From: a bacterium
GTDB taxonomy: Bacteria > UBP7 > UBA6624 > JBBIMK01
NCBI GenBank assembly: GCA_037444445.1
Contig: JBBIMK010000021.1
Location: 1 to 32,000, forward strand
DNA: 32,000 nt
Reading direction: 5' to 3'
The position numbers and the translations under genes were made by a program. Positions 7,156-16,372 of this stretch are shown piece by piece. Within the stretch, counting starts at the first letter, position 1. Each line of letters begins with the position of its first letter. Below the pieces are notes generated by a model, which ran no database searches, was not told the origin of the DNA, and saw only the letters and a list, made by a program, of their open reading frames with translations.

Positions 7156-9219
7156 TTACAGGAGGACTTTGCGGGTTTTTTGCCCTGGAATGTTGTCCTT
7201 TTTCGGCTCCACCCAGCCTAATCGTTCCAGTTCGTCCATCAGCCGGCTGGCTTTATTGTAGCCGATGCGAAACCGCCGCTGAAGTAAAGAAACGGAAACC
7301 TCATCCAGGGTCAGAAGCATTTCTTTTACCTGCTCTAACAGTTCCGGGTCTTCCACTTCTATATTTTCTTCTCCCTCTTCTTCTTCCACGATGAGACTGT
7401 TCATTACTTCCTCGTCATACTGGGCAGTTCCATAGTTTTCCTTCAGGTATTCTGCCACCTTTTCCAGTTCCTCGGGGCTGACATAAGGAGCCTGGAGGCG
7501 GCAGGGTTTATCCAGGCTGGGGGAGGCGAACAGGAGGTCACCTTTGCCTAACAGTTTTTCAGCCCCGGTCATATCCAAAATGGTCATAGAATCCGCCTTG
7601 GAAGAGAGTTTGAAGGAGATACGGGCGGGGAGGTTCGCTTTTATCCCGCCTTCTATGCGCTTGGCGTCCGGACGCTGGGTGGCGACGGCAAGATGAATCC
7701 CAGCCGCCCGCGCTATCTGCGACAAACTCGCAAAGTATCGCTCTACCTCCCTCCCCTCCCGCGTCTCCTTCAGAAGAAAGTTCAACTCATCAATGATGAT
7801 GACGATATAAGGAATGGGGTCTTTGGCATTCTCGTTATATTCCGAGATTTTTTTGAATCCTTGCTCTTTCAAAAACTGGTATCGTCGCTGGGTTTCTTCC
7901 ACAGCCCAGCCCAGAGCTTTCACTGCCATTTTTGGCGCCGTTACGATAGGCACCAACAGATGAGGTATGTCCTCAAAGTTGGATAAATCCACCTGCTTGG
8001 GGTCTACCAGAATCATCCGAACCTGTGAAGGTGGTGATTTATAAATCAATGAAACCACGAGGGCGGTGAGGAAAACGCTTTTTCCCGATCCGGTGGAGCC
8101 CCCGATTAAAAGATGGGGCATATCGTCTAAAGTGGCGATGAGAATTCTGCCCTCCAGGTCCTTCCCTATGGCAATAGTGAGAGGGGAAGGGGAGTTCATA
8201 AATGCCGGCGACTGGAGGATTTGCCTCAGGGAAACATCCCCCCGGTACGCTCTGGGGACTTCCACGGCGATGGTTTCTTTCCCGGGCACGGGCGCCTGGA
8301 TAATCACATCCCCTCGCGCCGCCAGCGACATCGCTATGTTGTCCGCTGCGCTGCGGATCCGGTTCAAATCCACATACGCGGGAACGGAAAGTTCATACCT
8401 CACCACCCGGGGGCTGGACTGAACATCCACGATTCTCGCTTCCACTTTTGCCATCTTCTCCAGGAGAAAGAGAATCCGCTCCCCTTTCCGCTCAATCTCC
8501 GCTTCCGAATCCTCCTTCTCGGGTGGTGGGGCATCCAGAAGTTCAAAAGGTATCTGATAGGCTCCATTTCCCATAACTGCTGGCAACTCTGTTAATTTCT
8601 TCTCCGCTTTCTCCCCCTTCCTTCTTTTCGGAACGCCGCGAGACGCTCTTTCAGACGCCATTTCCAGTGATGCCGACTCAGTTTCCCCGGCCATATCCCC
8701 GGTGGTTGGAGATGTCTCTTCCAGTTTCAACGCTGAGGAGACCTCCTGGAACCATCTCAGTATACTTTTTAAGCCATTTCCAACCTTTTCCGTAATTCCT
8801 TTAATGGAGAGGAGCGCATATAGTTGCAGGATAACGAGAAAGACCAGCCCCAAAAGCAGGAAGGTGCCGGTTCTACCGATACGAGCCTCCAGCAGGGAGA
8901 AGAGGCTTCGCCCGAGAGTACCCCCTCCCTGGAAACTTCCCAAAAGGATGGAAGTATATACCCCGATAAGAAGGGTCAGGAGGAGCGTATGAAGCAGGGA
9001 TTGACTCCTCGGATACAATGTCAAAAGCGCCAGCAAAAATATCCAGGCAGGAACGAGGAGAGAAATCTTTTTTCCGAGGAAAAACAGGAGGAAGCCTGCC
9101 CATTCAATCCCGATGGCGCCCGTCAATTCAGGATTGATGAGTGCAATCAGGGTAAAGATGGCGAAAGCGAATAATGATGTGGTCAGGACTTCTCCTGTCC
9201 AGGTTCGTCGCCCTTTCAT
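7156..9219 (-). CDS. ftsK: DNA translocase FtsK/SpoIIIE
   Basis: N-terminal TM helices, Walker A GGSTGSGKS, Walker B VIIIDE, and a C-terminal winged-helix gamma domain (LLQRRFRIGYNKASRLMDELERLGWV). I placed the start at MKGRR (9219), which forms an ATGA overlap with the uppP stop. The longer ORF start at 9258 would overlap uppP by 43 nt. Confidence 0.9.
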   Translation of the reverse strand: MKGRRTWTGEVLTTSLFAFAIFTLIALINPELTGAIGIEWAGFLLFFLGKKISLLVPAWIFLLALLTLYPRSQSLLHTLLLTLLIGVYTSILLGSFQGGGTLGRSLFSLLEARIGRTGTFLLLGLVFLVILQLYALLSIKGITEKVGNGLKSILRWFQEVSSALKLEETSPTTGDMAGETESASLEMASERASRGVPKRRKGEKAEKKLTELPAVMGNGAYQIPFELLDAPPPEKEDSEAEIERKGERILFLLEKMAKVEARIVDVQSSPRVVRYELSVPAYVDLNRIRSAADNIAMSLAARGDVIIQAPVPGKETIAVEVPRAYRGDVSLRQILQSPAFMNSPSPLTIAIGKDLEGRILIATLDDMPHLLIGGSTGSGKSVFLTALVVSLIYKSPPSQVRMILVDPKQVDLSNFEDIPHLLVPIVTAPKMAVKALGWAVEETQRRYQFLKEQGFKKISEYNENAKDPIPYIVIIIDELNFLLKETREGREVERYFASLSQIARAAGIHLAVATQRPDAKRIEGGIKANLPARISFKLSSKADSMTILDMTGAEKLLGKGDLLFASPSLDKPCRLQAPYVSPEELEKVAEYLKENYGTAQYDEEVMNSLIVEEEEGEENIEVEDPELLEQVKEMLLTLDEVSVSLLQRRFRIGYNKASRLMDELERLGWVEPKKDNIPGQKTRKVLL

Positions 9220-9995
9220 CGTCCCATCACCCCGGTGAGGATACCCAGCACAATACAATATACGCTAAACCCGTAAAATCGCGTTCTCCTGGAAAGGTAA
9301 AGCAACAGCCGGACGGCAAACACTCCGGAAACCACTGCGGAGAAAAACCCGAGAGCAAGAATCTTTAAAGATACAGCGGTATGGAAGGGAGGTTCCAGAG
9401 CGCCTGCCACAAGCCCTCCGAGGATGGCGGGGAAGAGCAGGAGAAGGGAGAAGAAGACAGCGGATTCCCTCCTCAAGCCCATCATCATTCCGCCTGCGAT
9501 GGTGGCGCCTGAGCGGGAAAGACCGGGCAGGATGGCGGCTCCCTGAAGCAAGCCAATCCAGAAAGCGCCGAGGTAAGAAAGATGAAAAACTTCCCCCGTA
9601 GATAAGGGGTTTCGGAATTCTCCCGTAGCCAGTAAAACGGCGGTTACAAAGAAGCCGACAGCCACCAGCCAGCCCCCCTCAAACCCTGTCATCAGCACTT
9701 TCTTGAAAATGAAATACACCACACCCGTAACCATCGTGCTCACCAGAGTCAGATATAAAATGTGGCGATGGGCTGGCTCTTTCCAGTTTCGCACCAGGTT
9801 CACTACCTCTTTCCTGAGAGCCACGGTGAGGGCAAAAAGAGTCCCGAGATGCAGCACCACATCAAAGAAAAAGAGCCTCCCACTCTCCAGCCCCAGAAGG
9901 CGCTGAGCCACCACCAGATGACCCGAAGAGGAGACAGGCAAAAATTCAGTCACCCCCTGAAGGATGCCCAGAATAACTGCTTTCCACGGTTCCAT
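9216..9995 (-). CDS. uppP: Undecaprenyl-diphosphate phosphatase (BacA/UppP)
   Basis: ILQGVTEFLPVSSSGHL and PGLSRSGATI signature motifs, in a polytopic membrane protein of 259 aa. Confidence 0.9.
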   Translation of the reverse strand: MEPWKAVILGILQGVTEFLPVSSSGHLVVAQRLLGLESGRLFFFDVVLHLGTLFALTVALRKEVVNLVRNWKEPAHRHILYLTLVSTMVTGVVYFIFKKVLMTGFEGGWLVAVGFFVTAVLLATGEFRNPLSTGEVFHLSYLGAFWIGLLQGAAILPGLSRSGATIAGGMMMGLRRESAVFFSLLLLFPAILGGLVAGALEPPFHTAVSLKILALGFFSAVVSGVFAVRLLLYLSRRTRFYGFSVYCIVLGILTGVMGR

Positions 9996-10371
9996 CGCTC
10001 TGGTGTTCTACTTCTATGAACCCCTCCTCGGTTTTCATCAGTTTCACCGCCTTCTTGGCTCTGGGGTAGATGGCGTAGATTTTTTCTGGCACCACTTCCA
10101 GCATCGCCCCGCAGGTATGCTTTCCAATTTCATTCTGGATATAATGCTTTACATAAAAGGTGATCTTCGGGTCAATCTTCGGGTTGAGAAACAGGAATAT
10201 ATCTCCCTTTCCCGCTTTCATAAAATCCACCACCGCATTGGCTTCCTCCACCGTCGTGGGGATAGCGAAGAGGACCCGTTCCCCTTGCTTCTCCGGGCTT
10301 TCAGCGGTCTTCCCCTCCTCAAACGAGAAGATTTCATTAAACTTTCTCCTCACAGAATGGATAAGCCCCAT
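9946..10371 (-). CDS. sepF: SepF-like cell division protein (FtsZ-binding membrane tether)
   Basis: 141 aa. It has an N-terminal amphipathic segment (MGLIHSVRRKFNEIFSF), a linker, then a core (VLFAIPTTVEEANAVVDFMKAGKGDIFLFLN...EVVPEKIYAIYP) resembling the SepF fold pattern. It sits immediately after yggS/ylmE, as in the ftsZ-ylmE-sepF arrangement. Confidence 0.6.
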   Translation of the reverse strand: MGLIHSVRRKFNEIFSFEEGKTAESPEKQGERVLFAIPTTVEEANAVVDFMKAGKGDIFLFLNPKIDPKITFYVKHYIQNEIGKHTCGAMLEVVPEKIYAIYPRAKKAVKLMKTEEGFIEVEHQSDGTVESSYSGHPSGGD

Positions 10372-11165
10372 CGTTCAAACGCCTCCTTTTCAAAAAGAAT
10401 TCGCCCAAGGCGAACCATCGTGGCTCCCTCCTCAATCGCCACAAGGAAATCCTGGCTCATGCCCATGGAAAGGTGTTGGAGTGAGATATTCTCCCTCTCC
10501 AGGCACAGGAGGGAATCTCGTAACTGTCGGGTGCGTGCGAAGAAGGGGCGGGAATCCTCCGCCTGTTTCGGAACCGGGGGAATCACCATCAGCCCCTTTA
10601 CGAGAAGGTGAGGGCAGGCTGACCCAATTTTGTCCACGAGCCCCCTCAACTCCTCCGGCAGGACGCCTCCTTTCGTGGTTTCCCCTCCCACATTCACCTC
10701 AACCAGCACCGGAAGGTACCGATTCTCCAGAGCCAGCCGCTTTTCCATTTCCACAGCGTGGCTGAATGAAGAAAGCGTTTGTATCCACTGAACCTGGCGA
10801 AGCAATCTGGGGATTTTGTTCCTCTGAACCCGTCCGATAAAATGCCACACCACCTCACCTGCATTCTGCGCTCTGTAGCCCGCATCCTGCTCCTTCATTT
10901 CTTCTTGATGTCTTTCCATTTCCTGGACGATATTTTCACCGATGTGAGAAATCCCCGCTTGAATGGCATCCAGGATGTCCGAAGTGCTTCTCCCTTTAAC
11001 GGCGGCGATGAGGATAACTGAATCCTTCCGTCCCACTTTTTTCAGAGTTTCCTCCACCCTTTCCTGGATGACCTTCATCCGCTGTTTGCTCGTCGTATGA
11101 TTGCTTCCTTCATAGTAGACTGATACACCCATAATCTCATCCACCGTTTTCATACCTTCTCTCAT
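10350..11165 (-). CDS. yggS: YggS/YlmE-family PLP-binding protein
   Basis: LIAAVKGRS (PLP lysine context), HIGENIVQE, WHFIGRVQRNK and LSMGMSQDF motifs. The start could instead be the internal MKVIQ (11078). The 11165 start lies 2 nt after the ftsZ stop. Confidence 0.8.
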   Translation of the reverse strand: MREGMKTVDEIMGVSVYYEGSNHTTSKQRMKVIQERVEETLKKVGRKDSVILIAAVKGRSTSDILDAIQAGISHIGENIVQEMERHQEEMKEQDAGYRAQNAGEVVWHFIGRVQRNKIPRLLRQVQWIQTLSSFSHAVEMEKRLALENRYLPVLVEVNVGGETTKGGVLPEELRGLVDKIGSACPHLLVKGLMVIPPVPKQAEDSRPFFARTRQLRDSLLCLERENISLQHLSMGMSQDFLVAIEEGATMVRLGRILFEKEAFERWGLSIL

Positions 11166-11167
11166 TG

Positions 11168-12223
11168 TTAGGAAGCCCGGTCCAGGCGGAAGGGAGGCAG
11201 GTCAATTCCCCCCTTCTCCCAGGGAAAGGTCTGCTGTTCCATTCTGATGGGCTTTTCTCTTTCTTTGGGGGGAGAGAAAAGGCTCACCGCGAGGAGGCCA
11301 ACTTTCACCTCTTCCTCCTCTTCCGGTGCAGTCACCAGCCCCCAGCAGATTTCCGGTGTGTAGCCATCCTCTCCTTTTGCCTCTTTCCGCACGACTTCCA
11401 TCCCGCGTTCCAGCGAGGAGAGAGTCAAATCTTTGCCCGCCAGGATGTTGAGCAGGAGGGCATGGGCAGAGCCCGGAGAAATCTCCAGGATAGGGGAGTG
11501 GAGAGCATGCAGGGTTGCCTCCTCCATTCCACGCTTTCCTCGCCCTTCCCCCCATCCGAAGTAGAGGGAGCCGGATTTCTTCAAAAAGGTTTCTATATCG
11601 GATAAGTCGCGGTTCACCAGGCCGTGGGTATTCAACAGATAGGAGAGGGTGGCGACGGCGTTTCTTAAGGTGATGTGACTCAGCTGGAGGAGATGGGAAG
11701 CCGGGAGGTGCTCCGCCTCCGGCAGCTGGAGGAGCCGGTCATTAGAAATAGAAACCACGCCATCTGCTGTCTTTCTGAGGAGAGCAAGCGCTTCTTCCGC
11801 CACCCGCAGGCGGTGAGGTCCTTCCCAACGGAATGGGCGAGTGGCAATCACAATGGTTAGAATTCCCATTTCCTTCGTCAGGTCCGCCACGATGGGTGTG
11901 GCGCCGGAGCCGGTTCCACCTCCCAACGCAGTGCTGAGAACCGCAACTTCACAGCCCTTCAGCGCCTCCCGAATTTCTTCTCGGCTTTCTTCTGCTGCCA
12001 TCCTGCCCTTTTCCTGGTCGCCTCCCGTTCCTCTTCCCCCCGTTTCCTTCTTCCCCAGTTGAACCAGATGAGCGTTCCGAAGCCTTTCCAGCGCTTCTTT
12101 ATCGGTATTCAGCGCCCAGAGTTCCACTCCCGAGATGGGATATTCTTCCAGAAAGGCGATGGCGTTAGTGCCTCCGCCTCCAATCCCCATTACCTTCAAC
12201 CGATTCTCCGCTCCCTTTGCCAT
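11168..12223 (-). CDS. ftsZ: Cell division GTPase FtsZ
   Basis: GIGGGGTNA, the tubulin signature GGGTGSGATP, a T7 loop (SNDRLL), and the C-terminal conserved peptide GIDLPPFRL. Confidence 0.95.
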   Translation of the reverse strand: MAKGAENRLKVMGIGGGGTNAIAFLEEYPISGVELWALNTDKEALERLRNAHLVQLGKKETGGRGTGGDQEKGRMAAEESREEIREALKGCEVAVLSTALGGGTGSGATPIVADLTKEMGILTIVIATRPFRWEGPHRLRVAEEALALLRKTADGVVSISNDRLLQLPEAEHLPASHLLQLSHITLRNAVATLSYLLNTHGLVNRDLSDIETFLKKSGSLYFGWGEGRGKRGMEEATLHALHSPILEISPGSAHALLLNILAGKDLTLSSLERGMEVVRKEAKGEDGYTPEICWGLVTAPEEEEEVKVGLLAVSLFSPPKEREKPIRMEQQTFPWEKGGIDLPPFRLDRAS

Positions 12224-12993
12224 TATCCTCCACCGGGGGATGGATTCCCGGTTTCCACTGGAACGCCCGATTTCGGCTTTACTACCAGGGTCGTTGGGGA
12301 AATCACTTCCACCCGCTCACCCTGCAAAATCTCCGCCGGATGAGTCCGAAATAGATAAAGGAATGCCTCCAGCCCCGGCTGTGCATACCGCAGGCTTGAG
12401 ATATAGAGTAATGGCAGTTCCCCCTGAAATCTTACCGTGAGGCTATTGTTTTCATCAATCTCCACCTTCTTCACTCCCAGCCCTGCGGAGGGCATCTGCC
12501 GCCAGAGCGTCTGGAGGACATCCAGCAGGAGGGAGGCAAAAGGAATATCCATCGCCTTTCCCACCACAGGGGTGTTTCCTTCTCCCCTCAGGTCTACCAC
12601 TTCTATTAGCCCTCTGTATCCCTGGCTTTCCCCTTTTGCCAGCACCCATCCATCTTCCGAAAGGAGATAGGATTCTTGCTTTCGGTAGAGTTGTGCCATG
12701 GGATTTCGCTCCACGATGAGAATTTTGAGATGGTTGGGGAATCTCCATCGGACTTCCGCATCCTGGATCCAGGGATGGCTTTTGAGGCGCATCTGAACTT
12801 CTTTTCGGTTCAGTTTTAATAGCGACCTTCCAGTCCGTAGCCTGCTGAGAGAAAGAATCTGCTCCGTTTCCACCACCCGATTTCCTTCCACTTGAATTTC
12901 CTGAATCCGGAAAAACGGAGAAAGGCTACCAGCGGCGATGAGAAACGAGAAGCCTATCAGGAAAATGATGAATCTATTCCACATCCGGTTCAA
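12223..12993 (-). CDS. ftsQ: Cell division protein FtsQ/DivIB (POTRA domain)
   Basis: An N-terminal TM helix is followed by FRIQEIQVEGNRVVETEQILSLSRLRTGRSLLKLNRKEVQMRLKSHPWIQDAEVRWRFPNHLKILIVER. Its stop overlaps the ftsZ ATG by 1 nt (TAATG). Confidence 0.8.
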   Translation of the reverse strand: MNRMWNRFIIFLIGFSFLIAAGSLSPFFRIQEIQVEGNRVVETEQILSLSRLRTGRSLLKLNRKEVQMRLKSHPWIQDAEVRWRFPNHLKILIVERNPMAQLYRKQESYLLSEDGWVLAKGESQGYRGLIEVVDLRGEGNTPVVGKAMDIPFASLLLDVLQTLWRQMPSAGLGVKKVEIDENNSLTVRFQGELPLLYISSLRYAQPGLEAFLYLFRTHPAEILQGERVEVISPTTLVVKPKSGVPVETGNPSPGGG

Positions 12994-13894
12994 TCCACTC
13001 TCCTATCCGCTCCACCTCGGGCTCCAGGGAAATACCGGTTTCTTCAAACACACGCTTTTGCGCCACTTTCATCAGAGTGGCCACCTCGTCAGCGGTAGCC
13101 CCCCCCAGGTTGACGATGAAGTTGGCGTGCTTTTCCGACACCTGAGCCTTTCCCACCGTTTTTCCCTTCATCCCTGCTTCTTCCAGCAAGCGACCGGCAT
13201 ACTGACCTGTGGGATTCTTGAACACGCTACCCGCCGAGGGCACGCCAATGGGCTGGGTCTTCAAACGGTAAGTGGTGAGGCGCTCCATCCGCTCCAGGAT
13301 TCCCTCCCTGGAGCCTATCTTCCCCATCATCAGACACCCAAGGACGATATGACCATCATTTTTCAGGGAACTCCACCGATAGCCTTTCTGGATGTCCTTT
13401 GCTTGCAGGGTAACCTTTTTTCGGGAGGGGAGGTGGAGGGTTTTCACTTCCACTACATGTTCCAGAATCCCCTCTCCACCTGTGCCGGAGTTATTCGCCA
13501 GTGCACCGCCGACGGTTCCCGGCACGCCGCAGAGGAATTCAAAACCACTGATGCCCTTTTCAGCCGCTTTTCGGATGCACTTGTTCAGGCTGGCTCCGCC
13601 GCCTGAAACGAGGTAAGGAGGGTCCACTTCTACCTTTTCAAATTCACCGCGAAGGCGGATGACGAGCCCCCGAATGCCCCGGTCTGACACCAGTAGATTA
13701 CTCCCTCCGCCTATCACCGTTACTGGAAGCCCATTCACCATACTCAGGGCTTCCAGCAGGGGTCCTTCCTCTCGGAAGGTTCCCCAGAGGTCCGCCGCCC
13801 CACCAATCCGATAGGTGGTATACCGGCTCATCCATTCATTGGATTTCACTCCGAAGGCAGACAGTTTCGGCTCCCATTCTGCCATTTTGCCCAT
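12974..13894 (-). CDS. murB: UDP-N-acetylenolpyruvoylglucosamine reductase MurB
   Basis: YTTYRIGGAADLW, IGGGSNLLVSD and PSAGSVFKNP motifs. The start is set at the ATG (13894) just after the murC stop, with AGGAGG at 13902..13897. An alternative ATG lies at 13885. Confidence 0.9.
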   Translation of the reverse strand: MGKMAEWEPKLSAFGVKSNEWMSRYTTYRIGGAADLWGTFREEGPLLEALSMVNGLPVTVIGGGSNLLVSDRGIRGLVIRLRGEFEKVEVDPPYLVSGGGASLNKCIRKAAEKGISGFEFLCGVPGTVGGALANNSGTGGEGILEHVVEVKTLHLPSRKKVTLQAKDIQKGYRWSSLKNDGHIVLGCLMMGKIGSREGILERMERLTTYRLKTQPIGVPSAGSVFKNPTGQYAGRLLEEAGMKGKTVGKAQVSEKHANFIVNLGGATADEVATLMKVAQKRVFEETGISLEPEVERIGEWIEPDVE

Positions 13895-13901
13895 TTCCTC
13901 C

Positions 13902-15290
13902 TTATTTTCCTTCCGGTGCATTTTTTTTCTCCTGCTCCCTCTGAGCATATTCTACTCCCCAATCGTGGATACTGCCCGCTCCGATGAAGAGGACAATATC
14001 GCCAATCTGAATGGTTTCATTTAAGGCCTGGAAAACATTCTCTTTGCCCGGGCAGAAGAAAACATTTTTTCTCTTGTGAAGGCGGGCGATTTCCGCCACC
14101 TGAATACCACCTACGCCTTCTATGGGGGGTTCGCCAGCGGGGAAGATGTCCGTTACAACCACCACATCCGCCCCCACCAGAGAGGCTCCCAATTCCTGCC
14201 ACAGGTGCTGAGTTCGGGTATATCGGTGTGGCTGGAAAACGGCCACCAGCCGCCGACGAAATTGCTTCGCCGATTCCAGCAGACTCCGAATCTCGGTGGG
14301 GTGATGGGCGTAATCGCTGTAAATCCATCCTCCATTTTGTCGCCCGAGAAATTGAAACCGCCGCTTGACGCCCTGAAACCTTCTTAACCCCTCTCGGATG
14401 GATTCTAACGGCACTTTTAAGGTGGTTAACGCACCCAGGGTTGCCAGAGCGTTTTTCACCTGATATGCACCGATGCCATTCACAACGAACTCCCCCATAG
14501 GCACTCCATGAATCATCGCTTCAAAGGTGAGAGTGGAAGTATTGGAGTAAAGGATTCTCCCTTGAAGGGAGGCACCCTCCGTGAATCCGAAGGTAGCCAC
14601 CGGTGAATTCATTTGCTTCAGTTCCCGCACGAACCCCTTCAAATTATTCTCATCATGGCAAATCCAAATGCTGCCGTCCTGAGGGACCTTTTCAGCCAGT
14701 TGAAAGACGGAATTTCGGAGGGTCTCCAGGTTCGGGTAAAAATCCAGGTGGTCCAGGTCCAGATTGGTGAGCACGAGAAGAGTAGGGGATAGGAGAAGGA
14801 AAGAGGTCCTGCTCTCATCGGCTTCTGCGACGAAAATATCCCCGCTTCCCCATTTACCTCCTTTCTGCCAATCTACCAGTTCACCGCCAGCCACCACGGC
14901 GGGGTCGTGGCCACAGGCTTGCAGGCAGAATCCAATCATGGCGGTTGTGGTCGTTTTCCCGTGGCTTCCGGTGACCGCCACCCGCTCCCCCTTCTGGTGA
15001 AACTGGTCGGCTAAAAATTCCGCCCTCGCCATTACGGGAATGCCCTGAGTTCTTGCCGATACAATCTCCGGATTATCCGGTGGCACGGCAGTAGAGTAGA
15101 CCACGAGGTCCATGCCATCCACATGGGTGGGGGAATGAGACAAGTAGACTGTGGCTCCTGCCGCACGCAACTTCTCCAGCGTTTCCGATGGCGTCACATC
15201 CGATCCCCCTACCTCCCAGCCCCGCCCCAGGCATAGCCAGGCTAAACTACTCATCCCGCTACCGCCCAATCCGGTGAAAAAGATTCTCAT
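13902..15290 (-). CDS. murC: UDP-N-acetylmuramate--L-alanine ligase MurC
   Basis: MRIFFTGLGGSGMSSLA and the P-loop GSHGKTTTT. The start at 15290 forms an ATGA overlap with the ftsW stop. The 71-codon upstream extension of the raw ORF overlaps ftsW and has no MurC counterpart. Confidence 0.9.
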   Translation of the reverse strand: MRIFFTGLGGSGMSSLAWLCLGRGWEVGGSDVTPSETLEKLRAAGATVYLSHSPTHVDGMDLVVYSTAVPPDNPEIVSARTQGIPVMARAEFLADQFHQKGERVAVTGSHGKTTTTAMIGFCLQACGHDPAVVAGGELVDWQKGGKWGSGDIFVAEADESRTSFLLLSPTLLVLTNLDLDHLDFYPNLETLRNSVFQLAEKVPQDGSIWICHDENNLKGFVRELKQMNSPVATFGFTEGASLQGRILYSNTSTLTFEAMIHGVPMGEFVVNGIGAYQVKNALATLGALTTLKVPLESIREGLRRFQGVKRRFQFLGRQNGGWIYSDYAHHPTEIRSLLESAKQFRRRLVAVFQPHRYTRTQHLWQELGASLVGADVVVVTDIFPAGEPPIEGVGGIQVAEIARLHKRKNVFFCPGKENVFQALNETIQIGDIVLFIGAGSIHDWGVEYAQREQEKKNAPEGK

Positions 15291-16372
15291 CCCTTCCACT
15301 CCTCTTCCACAGCCAGGCGTCCAAGAACCCCTGCCTCCAGACAGTTCATTCCGAGAGCAGTCCCCCCATAACTGACGAAGGGAAGTGGCAAGCCCGCTAC
15401 CGGCAACAAAGTGGTGGATACACCCAGGTTCATCAACACCTGAAATCCTATTATTCCTGCAATCCCCGCTGTAAGCAGGGCGGGAAAGGGGTGCTTCGCC
15501 CATTTCTCCATCACCTGCACACTGCTCCCGAGGAGCAAGATATATAGTCCCATCACCAGGATCCCCCCCAGGATTCCCATTTCTTCATTCACTATCGCAA
15601 AGGCATAGTCATTATGGGGTTCCGGAATGTAATACTTCTGGATACTTTCCCCCAGGCCCTTGCCCAAAAGCCCACCGGAAACATAGGCGTATCGCGCCTG
15701 TTGTATCGCATATTGTTCATCGGAGAAGAGATTTATCCAGTGGCCTCCTCGCAGGCTCAATGCGGTGATACTGAAAATACCGGTGATGGCGATGGCTAAT
15801 ACGCCTTGTGTGATAAGCGTTTTGAAGGTCAATGTTCCCGAAATAAGCACCATCAGCCCTAAAAGCAGGAGAAGCAGAGGAATGGCATCGGTATCGGGCT
15901 GAAGGGCGATAGCCACAGCCGCAAGCATGAAAGTGGCGAGTAATAAAGTTTGCCCCCTGGAAGAGTTCATTTTCCCCATTTTCATTGCTTCCAGAACCCG
16001 GGCGGTGAACAGGATAAATCCGAATTTGAAAATTTCCAGTGGTTGCAGGGTGAAGAAGCCCAGGTCAATCCAGCGGGTCGCTCCGCGGGAGGTGTGGCTC
16101 ACGCCTGGAATGAGAAGCAAGAATAACAGTGCCAAACCCATAAAAAGCCACAAAAGAGCGCTCCGACGCCAGATAGAAGGCTTCACCCTCAGCCCGATGA
16201 AAAATGCCAGTATCCCCAGCGGGAAGAGGAGGAATTGTTTCACGGCAAGATTCCCATATTTTTGTGTGTGAAGGGTGGCATCCAGCACCACAAGAAATCC
16301 CACACACAATAGCAAAGCCACAGCGATGCCTATCCGAAAGAAAACGGGATTACTTCTCACTTTCTTCAGCAT
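15287..16372 (-). CDS. ftsW: SEDS-family peptidoglycan glycosyltransferase FtsW
   Basis: A polytopic membrane protein with GATRWIDLGFFTLQPLEIFKF and PEPHNDYAFAIVNEEMG motifs, sitting in the dcw position of ftsW. Confidence 0.9.
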   Translation of the reverse strand: MLKKVRSNPVFFRIGIAVALLLCVGFLVVLDATLHTQKYGNLAVKQFLLFPLGILAFFIGLRVKPSIWRRSALLWLFMGLALLFLLLIPGVSHTSRGATRWIDLGFFTLQPLEIFKFGFILFTARVLEAMKMGKMNSSRGQTLLLATFMLAAVAIALQPDTDAIPLLLLLLGLMVLISGTLTFKTLITQGVLAIAITGIFSITALSLRGGHWINLFSDEQYAIQQARYAYVSGGLLGKGLGESIQKYYIPEPHNDYAFAIVNEEMGILGGILVMGLYILLLGSSVQVMEKWAKHPFPALLTAGIAGIIGFQVLMNLGVSTTLLPVAGLPLPFVSYGGTALGMNCLEAGVLGRLAVEEEWKG

